Below, in pieces: positions 11,283 through 18,888 of a DNA stretch of 32,000 nt (its first letter is position 1; each line of letters opens with the position of its first letter). The notes below the pieces were generated by a model. The model worked only from the letters and a program-made list of their open reading frames with translations, had not been told where the DNA came from and searched no databases. A program made the translations under genes and the position numbers. The stretch is from Gemmata obscuriglobus. Lineage in GTDB: Bacteria; Planctomycetota; Planctomycetia; Gemmatales; Gemmataceae. The DNA is taken from NCBI RefSeq assembly GCF_008065095.1, contig NZ_CP042911.1:1770001-1802000 (forward strand), given 5' to 3'.

Positions 11283-14243
11283 ATGCGAACGTCTCTCGCG
11301 CTCGTGCTTTTCGCACTCGGTACTTCGCCCGCGGCCGCCGACGACGCCTTCGAGAAGGAGGTGCGCCCGCTGCTCGTGAAGCACTGCGTCGGGTGCCACG
11401 GCCCCGAGAAGCAGAAGGGCGGGCTGCGCCTCGACACCCGCACCGGGTGGGAAACCGGCGGGGACAGCGGGCCGGCGATCCGCCCCAAGAAGCCGGACGA
11501 GAGCCTGTTCATCAAGGCGCTCCACGGCAAGGACGGGCTGTCCCAGATGCCGCCCGCCGGGAAGCTCCCGGACCGCGACATCGCCGCGCTCACAAAGTGG
11601 GTCCGCGACGGCGCCGCCGACCCGCGCACCGGCGGGCCGGTGAAGCTCGGCGGGGTGACGCTCGAAGAAGCCCGGAAGTGGTGGGCGTTCCAGCCCGTGC
11701 GCCGGCCCGCCGTACCGGACATTGAAGGCCAGAAGCCCGAGACCCGAAACGAGATCGATCGCTTCGTGCTCGCGAAGCTCGCAGCGAAAGGGCTGAAGCT
11801 CGCTCCGGCCGCGGACAAGCGGACGCTCCTCCGCCGCGCGACCTACGACCTCACCGGGCTGCCGCCGGCGCCCGAAGAGGTCGAAGCGTTCCTGAAAGAC
11901 GGCGCCCCCGACGCGTTCGCGAAGGTGGTGGACCGGCTCCTCGCGTCGCCGCACTACGGCGAGCGGTGGGGCCGCCACTGGCTCGACCTCGTGCGGTACG
12001 CGGACACCGCCGGCGAGAACAGCGATCACCCGCTCCCGCACGCCTGGAGGTACCGCAACTGGGTGATCGACGCGTTCAACCGCGACGTGCCCTACGACGA
12101 GTTCCTGCGCGAGCAACTCGCCGGCGACCTCCTCGCCGCGAAGGGGCCGCCCGAGAAGTACGCCGCGCGGGTGGTCGCCACCGGCTACCTGGCGCTCGCG
12201 CGCCGGTTCGATCACGACAGCGACAAGTTCATGCACCTCACCCACGAGGACGGCATCGATACCCTCGGGAAAGCGTTCCTCGGCCTCACGCTCGGGTGCG
12301 CCCGGTGTCACGACCACAAGTACGACGCCGTCACCGCCCGCGACTACTACGCCCTGTACGGCATCTTCGAGAGCACCAAGTTCGCGTTCCCCGGGTGCGA
12401 GGCCAAACAGCAGCCCCGCGACCTCGTGCCCCTGCTCCCGCCGGCCGAGTGGGACCGCGTTGTGAAGCCGTACCGGGAGCGACTCGCGAAGCTCGACGCC
12501 GCGATTCGAGCCGCATCCGGCGAAGGCCGCAAGCACGCCCAGGCCGCGCAAGCGGCGTTCGTAAAGAGCCGCCGGGTGCTGTCGCAGGGCGAAATCTCCG
12601 AGGGCGGGGACAAAACGTTCGACGCCGGCGAGATCGAGGTCGGCGCCGGCGAGATGCTCCTGCTCTCGATCACGCCCCTCAAAAACCACGGGGCCGACAC
12701 CACCCTGATCGAGTTCGACCTCACCGAAGTCGGCGGCCAGAAGCGGCGCTGGCGCGCGCGGGACGATCTCCTGCGTGACGCGCTCGCCAACAACCCGCAC
12801 GCCGACGGGTACGGCGCCAACGGCGTGTGGTGGCTGCTCGACGCCCGGAACCAACCGACGCTGCTCCCGGAGTCCGTGCGCGACCTCAACGGCAAGCCCG
12901 GACTGCACGCGTGGCGCAACGGCGACACGCCCTCCGTACTCGTGAACGGCGCAAAGAACGAAGCCGCCGTGTGGACGAAGCTCCCGCCGCAATCGCTGTT
13001 CGTTCACCCCGCGCCGGACGGGAACGTGGCAATCGGGTGGCTCAGCCCCATTTCCGGGAAGGTCACGGTCCGGGGCCGCGTCAAGGACGCCCACCCCGGC
13101 GGACCGGACGGCGTCGGCTGGGTGCTGGAGCGGTTCGCGGCGGACGTGCGGCCCTTCTTCTCGGCCCAAGCCGAAGCGGCGGTCAAGCTCGCGGCGCTGA
13201 CGCGCGAACGCGCCGAACTGTTGAAGGCCGCGCCGACCCAGGAAGTCGCGTTCGCAGTAACCGAGGGTCAAGCGGCCGACGCACGGTTGCACCTCCGCGG
13301 CGATCCCGAAAAGCTCGGCGACGCGGTCCCGCGGCGCTGGCTCGAAGCGCTCGGCGGCACCCCGATCACCGACGCGACCGCGAGCGGGCGGCTCGACCTG
13401 GCGAACTGGGTCGCGTCGAAGGACAACCCGCTCACGGCCCGGGTGATGGCGAACCGCATCTGGCTGCACCACTTCGGCAAAGGGCTGGTGGCGACGCCCA
13501 ACGACTTCGGCACCCGCGGCGCGGCCCCGACGCACCCCGAACTGCTCGACTGGCTCGCGTCGGAGTTCGTGCGCGGCGGCTGGAAAGCGAAAGCGCTGCA
13601 CCGCGCCATCATGCTCTCGCAAACTTACCAACAAGACGCCACGCACCGCGACGCAGCGGCGAAAGTCGATCCCACGAACGAACTCCACTGGCGATTCGAG
13701 CGCCGGCGCTTGAGCGCCGAAGAGATGCGCGACACCCTGCTGGCGGTCAGCGGCCAACTCGACCGTAAACCGGGAGCGGCGCACCCGTTCCCGCCGGAGT
13801 CGGCGTGGAGCTACACGCAGCACGTTCCGTTCGGCACGTTCTTCGAGACCGACAAGCGGAGCGTGTACCTCGTCCAGGTGCGGAACCGGCGGCACCCGTT
13901 CCTCGGGCTGTTCGACGGCGCGGACCCGAACGCCACCACCCCGCAGCGCCAGACCACCACGGTGCCGACGCAGGCGCTGTACTTCCTCAACGACCCGTTC
14001 TTCCACGCGCAAGCCGAAAAGCTCTCCGACCGCGTCCTCGCAAAACCCGAAGCCGACCGCGCGAGCGAGCTGTTCCGGCTCACCCTCCAGCGCCCGCCGA
14101 CCGAGCGCGATCGGGCGTTCGCGGCCACGTTCCTCAAGCGCTATCAGGCCGCGCTCGGGAACCGCCCCGACGCCGACCGCGCCGCGTGGGCCGCCCTGTC
14201 GCGTGTCGTACTCGCCAGCAACGAATTCCTTTTCGTGGAGTGA
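11283..14243 (+). CDS. Planctomycete cytochrome-c domain protein (PSCyt1 + DUF1549/PSCyt2 + DUF1553/PSD1)
   Basis: 986 aa. It starts with a signal peptide (MRTSLALVLFALGTSPAAA) and a heme-binding CVGCHG within FEKEVRPLLVKHCVGCHGPEKQKGGLRLD. The DUF1549 block reads NEIDRFVLAKL..GL......DKRTLLRRATYDLTGLPP..EEVEAFL, YGERWGRHWLDLVRYADT. The DUF1553 block reads ANRIWLHHFGKGLVATPNDFG..G..PTHPELLDWLA. Confidence 0.9.
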   Translation: MRTSLALVLFALGTSPAAADDAFEKEVRPLLVKHCVGCHGPEKQKGGLRLDTRTGWETGGDSGPAIRPKKPDESLFIKALHGKDGLSQMPPAGKLPDRDIAALTKWVRDGAADPRTGGPVKLGGVTLEEARKWWAFQPVRRPAVPDIEGQKPETRNEIDRFVLAKLAAKGLKLAPAADKRTLLRRATYDLTGLPPAPEEVEAFLKDGAPDAFAKVVDRLLASPHYGERWGRHWLDLVRYADTAGENSDHPLPHAWRYRNWVIDAFNRDVPYDEFLREQLAGDLLAAKGPPEKYAARVVATGYLALARRFDHDSDKFMHLTHEDGIDTLGKAFLGLTLGCARCHDHKYDAVTARDYYALYGIFESTKFAFPGCEAKQQPRDLVPLLPPAEWDRVVKPYRERLAKLDAAIRAASGEGRKHAQAAQAAFVKSRRVLSQGEISEGGDKTFDAGEIEVGAGEMLLLSITPLKNHGADTTLIEFDLTEVGGQKRRWRARDDLLRDALANNPHADGYGANGVWWLLDARNQPTLLPESVRDLNGKPGLHAWRNGDTPSVLVNGAKNEAAVWTKLPPQSLFVHPAPDGNVAIGWLSPISGKVTVRGRVKDAHPGGPDGVGWVLERFAADVRPFFSAQAEAAVKLAALTRERAELLKAAPTQEVAFAVTEGQAADARLHLRGDPEKLGDAVPRRWLEALGGTPITDATASGRLDLANWVASKDNPLTARVMANRIWLHHFGKGLVATPNDFGTRGAAPTHPELLDWLASEFVRGGWKAKALHRAIMLSQTYQQDATHRDAAAKVDPTNELHWRFERRRLSAEEMRDTLLAVSGQLDRKPGAAHPFPPESAWSYTQHVPFGTFFETDKRSVYLVQVRNRRHPFLGLFDGADPNATTPQRQTTTVPTQALYFLNDPFFHAQAEKLSDRVLAKPEADRASELFRLTLQRPPTERDRAFAATFLKRYQAALGNRPDADRAAWAALSRVVLASNEFLFVE

Positions 14244-14249
14244 CCGCAC

Positions 14250-15638
14250 ATGCACCCGTCGCGCAGAGGGTTCGTTCGCTCCGCGGTGGCCGGATCGCTC
14301 ATCATGCCCGGCCTCCTCGCGGAGCTGTTGGCGGCGGACTCGGCCGACCCGCTGGCCCCCAAGAAGCCGCACTTCGCGCCGAAGGCGAAGAGCGTGATCT
14401 TCCTGTTCATGAGCGGCGGGGTGTCGCACGTCGATTCGTTCGACCCGAAGCCCAAGCTGGTCGCGGACCACGGCAAACAGGTCACGTTCGACCACCCCGA
14501 GACGCGGAACCGGCCCGGGTACGAGAAGCTGTTCCTCAAGAAGCCGAACTGGAAGTTCGCCCCGCGCGGCAAAAGCGGCACCGAAGTGAGCGACCTGTTC
14601 CCGCACCTCGGCCAGCAGATCGACGACGTGGCGCTCGTGCGCTCGATGCACACGAGCCACTCGAACCACTACAACGCGACGCTCGGGATGCACACCGGGT
14701 CGTTCGCGTTCGCCCGGCCGAGCATCGGGGCGTGGACCAGCTACGGCCTCGGCACCCCGAACAAGAACCTGCCGTCGTTCCTGGTGCTGGCCCCGCAGAT
14801 GCCCTACGCGGGCACACAGGTGTGGGCCGCCGACTTCCTCCCCGGGGCGCACCAGGGGACGCGCGTGGTGCCCGGCACCGAGCCCATCGCGAACCTGAAG
14901 CCGCGCGTGCCCGACGCGCCGCGGCAGCAGCTCGAACTGGACGCGCTGAAAGCGTTCAACGAAGCGCACCGGACGACACGCGCGGACGACCCGGCCCTGG
15001 CGGCCCGGATCCGGTCGTTCGAGACGGCGTTCGGGATGCAGTCCGAGATGCCCGACGCGCTCGACCTCTCGAAGGAAGACGATAAGACCCTCGCCCTGTA
15101 CGGCCTGAGCCGGGGGCAGACGAGCGGGTTCGGGTGGCAGTGCCTGGTCGCCCGCCGGCTGGTGGAGCGCGGCGTGCGGTTCGTGGAACTGATCCACACC
15201 GGCTCGTCGGGCAACTGGGACTCGCACGGCGACATGGCCGACCACGGGCGGCTCGCGCAGCAGGTGGACCGGCCGATCGCCGGGCTGCTCCAGGACCTGA
15301 AACGTACCGGCCTGTTGGACGACGTGCTCGTGGTGTGGACGACGGAGTTCGGGCGCACACCGTTCAACAACACCGCGGACAACCCGGGCCGCGAGCACCA
15401 CAACTGGGCGTTCAGCTCGTGGCTCGCCGGCGCGGGTGTGAAGCGCGGGTACGCCCACGGCGCGACCGACGAGTACGGCATGAAGCCCGTGGAGAAGCCG
15501 GTCCACGTCCACGACTTCCACGCGACCATCTTGCACCTGATGGGCCTCGACCACACGAAGCTGACGTACCGGCACGCCGGACGCGACTACCGCCTGACCG
15601 ACGTCCATGGCGAGGTCGTGCGCGACCTCCTGACCTGA
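14250..15638 (+). CDS. DUF1501 domain protein (sulfatase/alkaline-phosphatase-like fold), Tat-type signal
   Basis: 462 aa. It has a twin-arginine-like N-terminus (MHPSRRGFVRSAVAGSLIMPG), the block SVIFLFMSGGVSHVDSFDPKP and the C-terminal block WDSHGD...TEFGRTP...GREHHNWAF characteristic of DUF1501. It starts 6 nt after the stop of its usual DUF1553 partner. Confidence 0.9.
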   Translation: MHPSRRGFVRSAVAGSLIMPGLLAELLAADSADPLAPKKPHFAPKAKSVIFLFMSGGVSHVDSFDPKPKLVADHGKQVTFDHPETRNRPGYEKLFLKKPNWKFAPRGKSGTEVSDLFPHLGQQIDDVALVRSMHTSHSNHYNATLGMHTGSFAFARPSIGAWTSYGLGTPNKNLPSFLVLAPQMPYAGTQVWAADFLPGAHQGTRVVPGTEPIANLKPRVPDAPRQQLELDALKAFNEAHRTTRADDPALAARIRSFETAFGMQSEMPDALDLSKEDDKTLALYGLSRGQTSGFGWQCLVARRLVERGVRFVELIHTGSSGNWDSHGDMADHGRLAQQVDRPIAGLLQDLKRTGLLDDVLVVWTTEFGRTPFNNTADNPGREHHNWAFSSWLAGAGVKRGYAHGATDEYGMKPVEKPVHVHDFHATILHLMGLDHTKLTYRHAGRDYRLTDVHGEVVRDLLT

Positions 15639-15772
15639 CGCCGGGGGCGGCGAATACCCATTCCGCTCGCGGTGCCGCAGCCGATCGGCGAATCGGTACA
15701 TCGGTTCTTTCCCCACCCTCAACACGTCGTTTTGCACTTCCAGAAGTTTCCACCGCGCCGCAACCGCATCCG

Positions 15773-15799
15773 ACGGGGTCTGGCACCCCGTTTCTTCTC
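15773..15799 (+). terminator. Terminator-like hairpin downstream of the DUF1501 gene
   Basis: ACGGGGT-CTGGC-ACCCCGT (7-bp stem) is followed by TTCTTCTC. It lies about 135 nt after the DUF1501 stop. Confidence 0.4.
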
Positions 15800-15998
15800 G
15801 ATGGGCCAAGCGATGCGGCTCGACTGAAACGCACACAAACAATACCTCTGCAACAGTTTGCAACTTAAGCACCCGCCACCGCCGCGGTCAGGAGCCGTTG
15901 GCACTGCGGCGTCCGGACCTGTGATTCGGTGGTAGCAACGACCCAGCGAACTACCAGCGAATTGCCAGTCCCTGGCCAGCAGATGTCCAGTCGGTGCC

Positions 15999-16081
15999 CC
16001 ATCGGCTATTTTTCGCGCTCGCGCGGTTCCGACTCCGGCACCGCGCGAGCGCGAAACGGCTGCCCCCTAATAGCCAGATGG
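15999..16081. repeat. 83-nt rod-like imperfect palindrome (candidate structured RNA or REP-like element)
   Basis: The outer stem pairs CCATCGGCTATT (15999-16010) with AATAGCC-A-GATGG (16069-16081). The inner stem is perfect and 17 bp long, pairing TTTCGCGCTCGCGCGGT (16011-16027) with ACCGCGCGAGCGCGAAA (16040-16056). An apical CCG/CGG extension sits above it, and there is a 12-nt 3'-side internal loop. Confidence 0.7.
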
Positions 16082-16454
16082 CACCGCCTCCCATTGATTG
16101 GTTGTCTGTACGTGACCTGGTTTTGAAGTGGCTCGCTTGCGCGAGCGAGATAGCGATTTTGAGTGATACCCGTCGTCGGTCGAAAATGCCGTTTTCACAA
16201 GCCGTCACGTGCGAAAGGGCGGCGTGCCCGGTCCGCGTTGCGTGAACTCCGTGAACGGGCACGTCAATGCCGCGACCGGTTTCGAGAATCGTCGCAGGTC
16301 ACGACACCAAGTCACGCGCCAATAGAAGCGGCATCACCTTGCGACACAATGTGTCGAAAATATCGCTGACCAACGCCATTTGAATCCTATAAGTTGACAC
16401 CGAGGACGCGCTAGCCGTCGATATATCAACGATGCAAATCGAATAGAAATCGTA

Positions 16455-17627
16455 ATGAAACAGCCGTACGTCGCTATTGCCGCCGGAACGGCCGTGGCGG
16501 TGGGAGCCGTTCTGCTCGTGGCTTCCGTTCGGCCGGAGGCGCTCTCCGTCGGTCGCATCGCTCGGGTCGAAGATTTCGGGGCGTATTGGGCCGGAACGGT
16601 CGTAAACCTTAGCGGCGAAAACGCTTACGACCCTAACAACCTGGCCCCGCTTCAACGCGCGATCGAACCGGACCGGCCCGCGCCCTTGCCCGCCTGGAGC
16701 CCGCCCTGGACGCTCGCGGTCTTCACCCCGCTGGCCGGTCTGCCGTTCCCCGCCGCCCGGTGGGTTTGGCTCATCATCCAACTCGGCACCATTTTCGGGA
16801 CGCTCACGGCCCTTTGGCGCATATACAACGGCTCAAGTGAGCACCTGTCGATCGCCTGGACGATCGGGCTCCTTTGGTACCCGACGCTCCAAACGCTCGG
16901 TCTCGGTCAACACAGCTCGTTAGTTCTGCTGGGCGTCGTCGGCTGGCTCGCCGGGCTGTCCGCCGGGCGCCCGGTGCTTGCGGGGGCGCTGCTCGCCGTG
17001 GTCCTGGTTAAGCCGCAGAATTGGCACTTGGTCGGGAGCCTCGTCGCGATTTGGGCCATCCGCACCCGCGCGTGGCCAATGATCGCGGGGGTAATCGGCG
17101 GATCGCTCGTGCTTACGGCGGTGGCGGCGGTGCCGAACCCGTTCGTGTTCGAGCAGTACCGCGAAGCGCTCACGGCCCGCCCGCCGTCCGAAATGATCCC
17201 CCCGACGCTCGGCACCCTCTTACGACTCGCGTTCGGGCCGGAGCGTTTTTGGTTGGCCTTTGTCCCGGCCGTCGGGGCGCAAGTCTGGGGCGTCTGGTAC
17301 TATTTCGTGAACCGGCATCATTGGATCTGGGCCGATCGCCTTCCGATTTTGCTCCTCGTATCGTTCATGACCAGCCCCTACGGTTGGGTCTACGACCAAA
17401 TCTTGTTCCTGGTGCCGCTCGCGCACGTGTTCGCGACGGCGACCGCGCGCCGCCCGAAAACGGTCGCTCCGATGCTCTTGGGGGCCACCGGGATTACGAC
17501 GGTGTGTTTGGTGATGAACGCCGCCAAGTACCAGGAGTTCACCTTCGTTTGGCTCGCCCCTTTGACACTCGTTCTCTATTTCTGGGGAACTCGGCTCGCC
17601 AAAAGAACAGTACTCACACACGTGTGA
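16455..17627 (+). CDS. Polytopic membrane glycosyltransferase, GT87 / DUF2029-like
   Basis: 390 aa with many TM segments. The first-loop motif VEDFGAYWAGTVVNLSGENAYD matches the D-F-x2-Y-x-A...G-x-x-x-Y-D pattern of DUF2029/GT87 mannosyltransferase-like proteins, and a mid-protein VLVKPQN is present. GC3 is visibly lower than in neighbouring genes, with TTA, ATA, AGT, TCA and CAA codons present. Confidence 0.7.
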   Translation: MKQPYVAIAAGTAVAVGAVLLVASVRPEALSVGRIARVEDFGAYWAGTVVNLSGENAYDPNNLAPLQRAIEPDRPAPLPAWSPPWTLAVFTPLAGLPFPAARWVWLIIQLGTIFGTLTALWRIYNGSSEHLSIAWTIGLLWYPTLQTLGLGQHSSLVLLGVVGWLAGLSAGRPVLAGALLAVVLVKPQNWHLVGSLVAIWAIRTRAWPMIAGVIGGSLVLTAVAAVPNPFVFEQYREALTARPPSEMIPPTLGTLLRLAFGPERFWLAFVPAVGAQVWGVWYYFVNRHHWIWADRLPILLLVSFMTSPYGWVYDQILFLVPLAHVFATATARRPKTVAPMLLGATGITTVCLVMNAAKYQEFTFVWLAPLTLVLYFWGTRLAKRTVLTHV

Positions 17628-17646
17628 ACACAAGACACATAGTTCG

Positions 17647-17688
17647 GGAACGGCACGAGCAGCCGGCCGTTCCGCGGAAGGAGCTTCC
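17647..17688 (+). terminator. Two adjacent hairpins 20 nt downstream of the GT87-like gene
   Basis: The first is GGAACGGC-(11 nt)-GCCGTTCC, an 8-bp stem. The second is GGAAG-GAG-CTTCC, followed by AGTCGTTTCAAGTT. There is no clean U-tract. Confidence 0.35.
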
Positions 17689-17725
17689 AGTCGTTTCAAG
17701 TTCGTTGGTTGTGCGCCACCCACCT

Positions 17726-17773
17726 GCTGACGCAGGCGGTTCGTCCGTGGCTTGTCGAACTGCCTGCGTCAGC
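17726..17773. repeat. 18-bp inverted repeat (one G.T position) with a 12-nt loop between convergent genes
   Basis: GCTGACGCAGGCGGTTCG (17726-17743) pairs with CGAACTGCCTGCGTCAGC (17756-17773). The single non-Watson-Crick position is G.U-compatible on the plus-strand RNA. Confidence 0.7.
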
Positions 17774-17895
17774 GGGCGGGTGTAACCTGGGCGTGTTCCG
17801 ATCCGGCGATTGATCTCGTCACGGCTGTCGCAACCGGAAACTACTGGATTCCGGGTACCATCAGCCCGCCAGAACACGGGCCGAGTGCCGGAAGT

Positions 17896-18603
17896 TCACG
17901 GTTTCACCGCCCCGAACGCGGCGAAGCACAGGTGCTTGTGGAGCACCTCTGGGGTGCGGAACCCGGTCCGCGTCAGCAGGTCCAGTTGGTAGCCGAGTGG
18001 CGCCGGCGTGTCTTCCTGCTCGATGTACGCGAACACGGCGTCGCGATAGGCGTCTCCCTTGAAGCCGGCCAAATACTCGCCGTAGTGCCGCCACATCACG
18101 GATTGCACGGCCGGCAGCGGGCTCGAGACCAGGTCGAAGACCCACACCGAGCCGCCCGGCCGCAGCCACCGGAAAATCGATGCGAAAACACGCTCCCACT
18201 CGGCGTCGGTGCGGAGGTGGTGCAGCACCGCGGCGGCCAGCACGACATCGAACGTGCCGTCCGGGAAGTCGGTCTCCCGCACGTCCGTCTGGAGTGTGGT
18301 CACGCGCCCCGTGGTGGCGGCCCCGACCCGCTCGGCGGCCCGGTCCAGCATCGGCCGGCTCAGGTCAAGAAGTGTCGCGTCGAGACCGGGGAGCCGTTCG
18401 AGCAGCTTGAGCGTGTAGTTCCCGGCCCCGCAACCGATATCGAGGACGTGCCGGGCGTGCGGGGTGACGGCCGCTGCCGTCTCCGCGACCAGCGCCATCG
18501 CGAGCGGCGCGTCGACCGTGGCCGACTGCCCGGTTTCGAGGTTGCTGAACCGCTCCACGTCGGCGTCGAACCGCCGCCGGATCTCATCGACCGAGGACTT
18601 CAT
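17896..18603 (-). CDS. Class I SAM-dependent methyltransferase
   Basis: I moved the start to ATG 18603 (MKSSVDEIRRRFD), with GGAG 9 nt upstream. The SAM motif I is VLDIGCGAGNYT, followed by LLDLS..ML and FDVVLAAAVLHHL. The 95 extra codons in the ORF track read straight through the 135-bp palindromic element. Confidence 0.85.
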   Translation of the reverse strand: MKSSVDEIRRRFDADVERFSNLETGQSATVDAPLAMALVAETAAAVTPHARHVLDIGCGAGNYTLKLLERLPGLDATLLDLSRPMLDRAAERVGAATTGRVTTLQTDVRETDFPDGTFDVVLAAAVLHHLRTDAEWERVFASIFRWLRPGGSVWVFDLVSSPLPAVQSVMWRHYGEYLAGFKGDAYRDAVFAYIEQEDTPAPLGYQLDLLTRTGFRTPEVLHKHLCFAAFGAVKP

Positions 18604-18675
18604 TCCCGCTCCACAGTACAAAAACAATCCAAAAATCGCCCGCTCATCCTGCGATCGAACAGCTCGGGGCGTGAC

Positions 18676-18810
18676 GGCGGGTTGTTCCCTGGGACCGCGG
18701 ACGTCCCGTCCGCTGCTTGGAAGCTCGGGTCGCGTGGCGGAACATCCGCACCACGAAACGTCGTGCCGACCAGCGGACGGGACGTCCGCGGTCCCAGGGA
18801 ACAACCCGCC
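18676..18810. repeat. 135-bp palindromic element: perfect 40-bp inverted arms around a 55-nt spacer
   Basis: The left arm is GGCGGGTTGTTCCCTGGGACCGCGGACGTCCCGTCCGCTG (18676-18715). The right arm (18771-18810) is its exact reverse complement. The spacer contains its own bulged stem (CGTGGCGG/CCGC-AC-CACG). I found no flanking direct repeat. Confidence 0.9.
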
Positions 18811-18888
18811 CGCGGCCCAGGGCACAATCACAAGTAGCGGACCAACTTGAGACGGCCGAAATCCGGTTAGAGCATCACCCATTCGCAA

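Noticed and set aside
10578-15872. 1764-aa ORF on the minus strand, the longest in the window, spanning 5.3 kb.
   Set aside because: It runs antisense to three well-supported plus-strand genes with recognisable domains (the Wzy_C-TPR tail, PSCyt/DUF1553 and DUF1501). Its translation is Arg/Gly/Pro/Val/His-rich with no motif, and such stop-free antisense frames are expected at this GC content. Only its first ~75 codons (15640-15872) lie in non-coding DNA. They look slightly more protein-like (…AARWKLLEVQNDVLRVGKEPMYRFADRLRHRE…), but I cannot assign them to any family.
16187-16211. GCCGTTTTCACAAGCC followed by GTCACGTG, resembling both the T-run/TTGACA start of the heptamer module and the CACGTGAC core of the 21.4-kb direct repeats.
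   Set aside because: No heptamer array follows, and an 8-mer match is expected about once by chance in a window of this size on two strands.
18604-18888. 95-codon N-terminal extension of the methyltransferase ORF, and likewise 6344..6556 for the exporter and 22704..22940 for the DUF1559 gene.
   Set aside because: The extensions read through palindromic or terminator-like DNA or are Gly/Pro/Arg junk. Internal ATGs give canonical N-termini: a GGAG-preceded MKSS for the methyltransferase, a lipobox signal peptide for the exporter and a prepilin leader for the DUF1559 protein.
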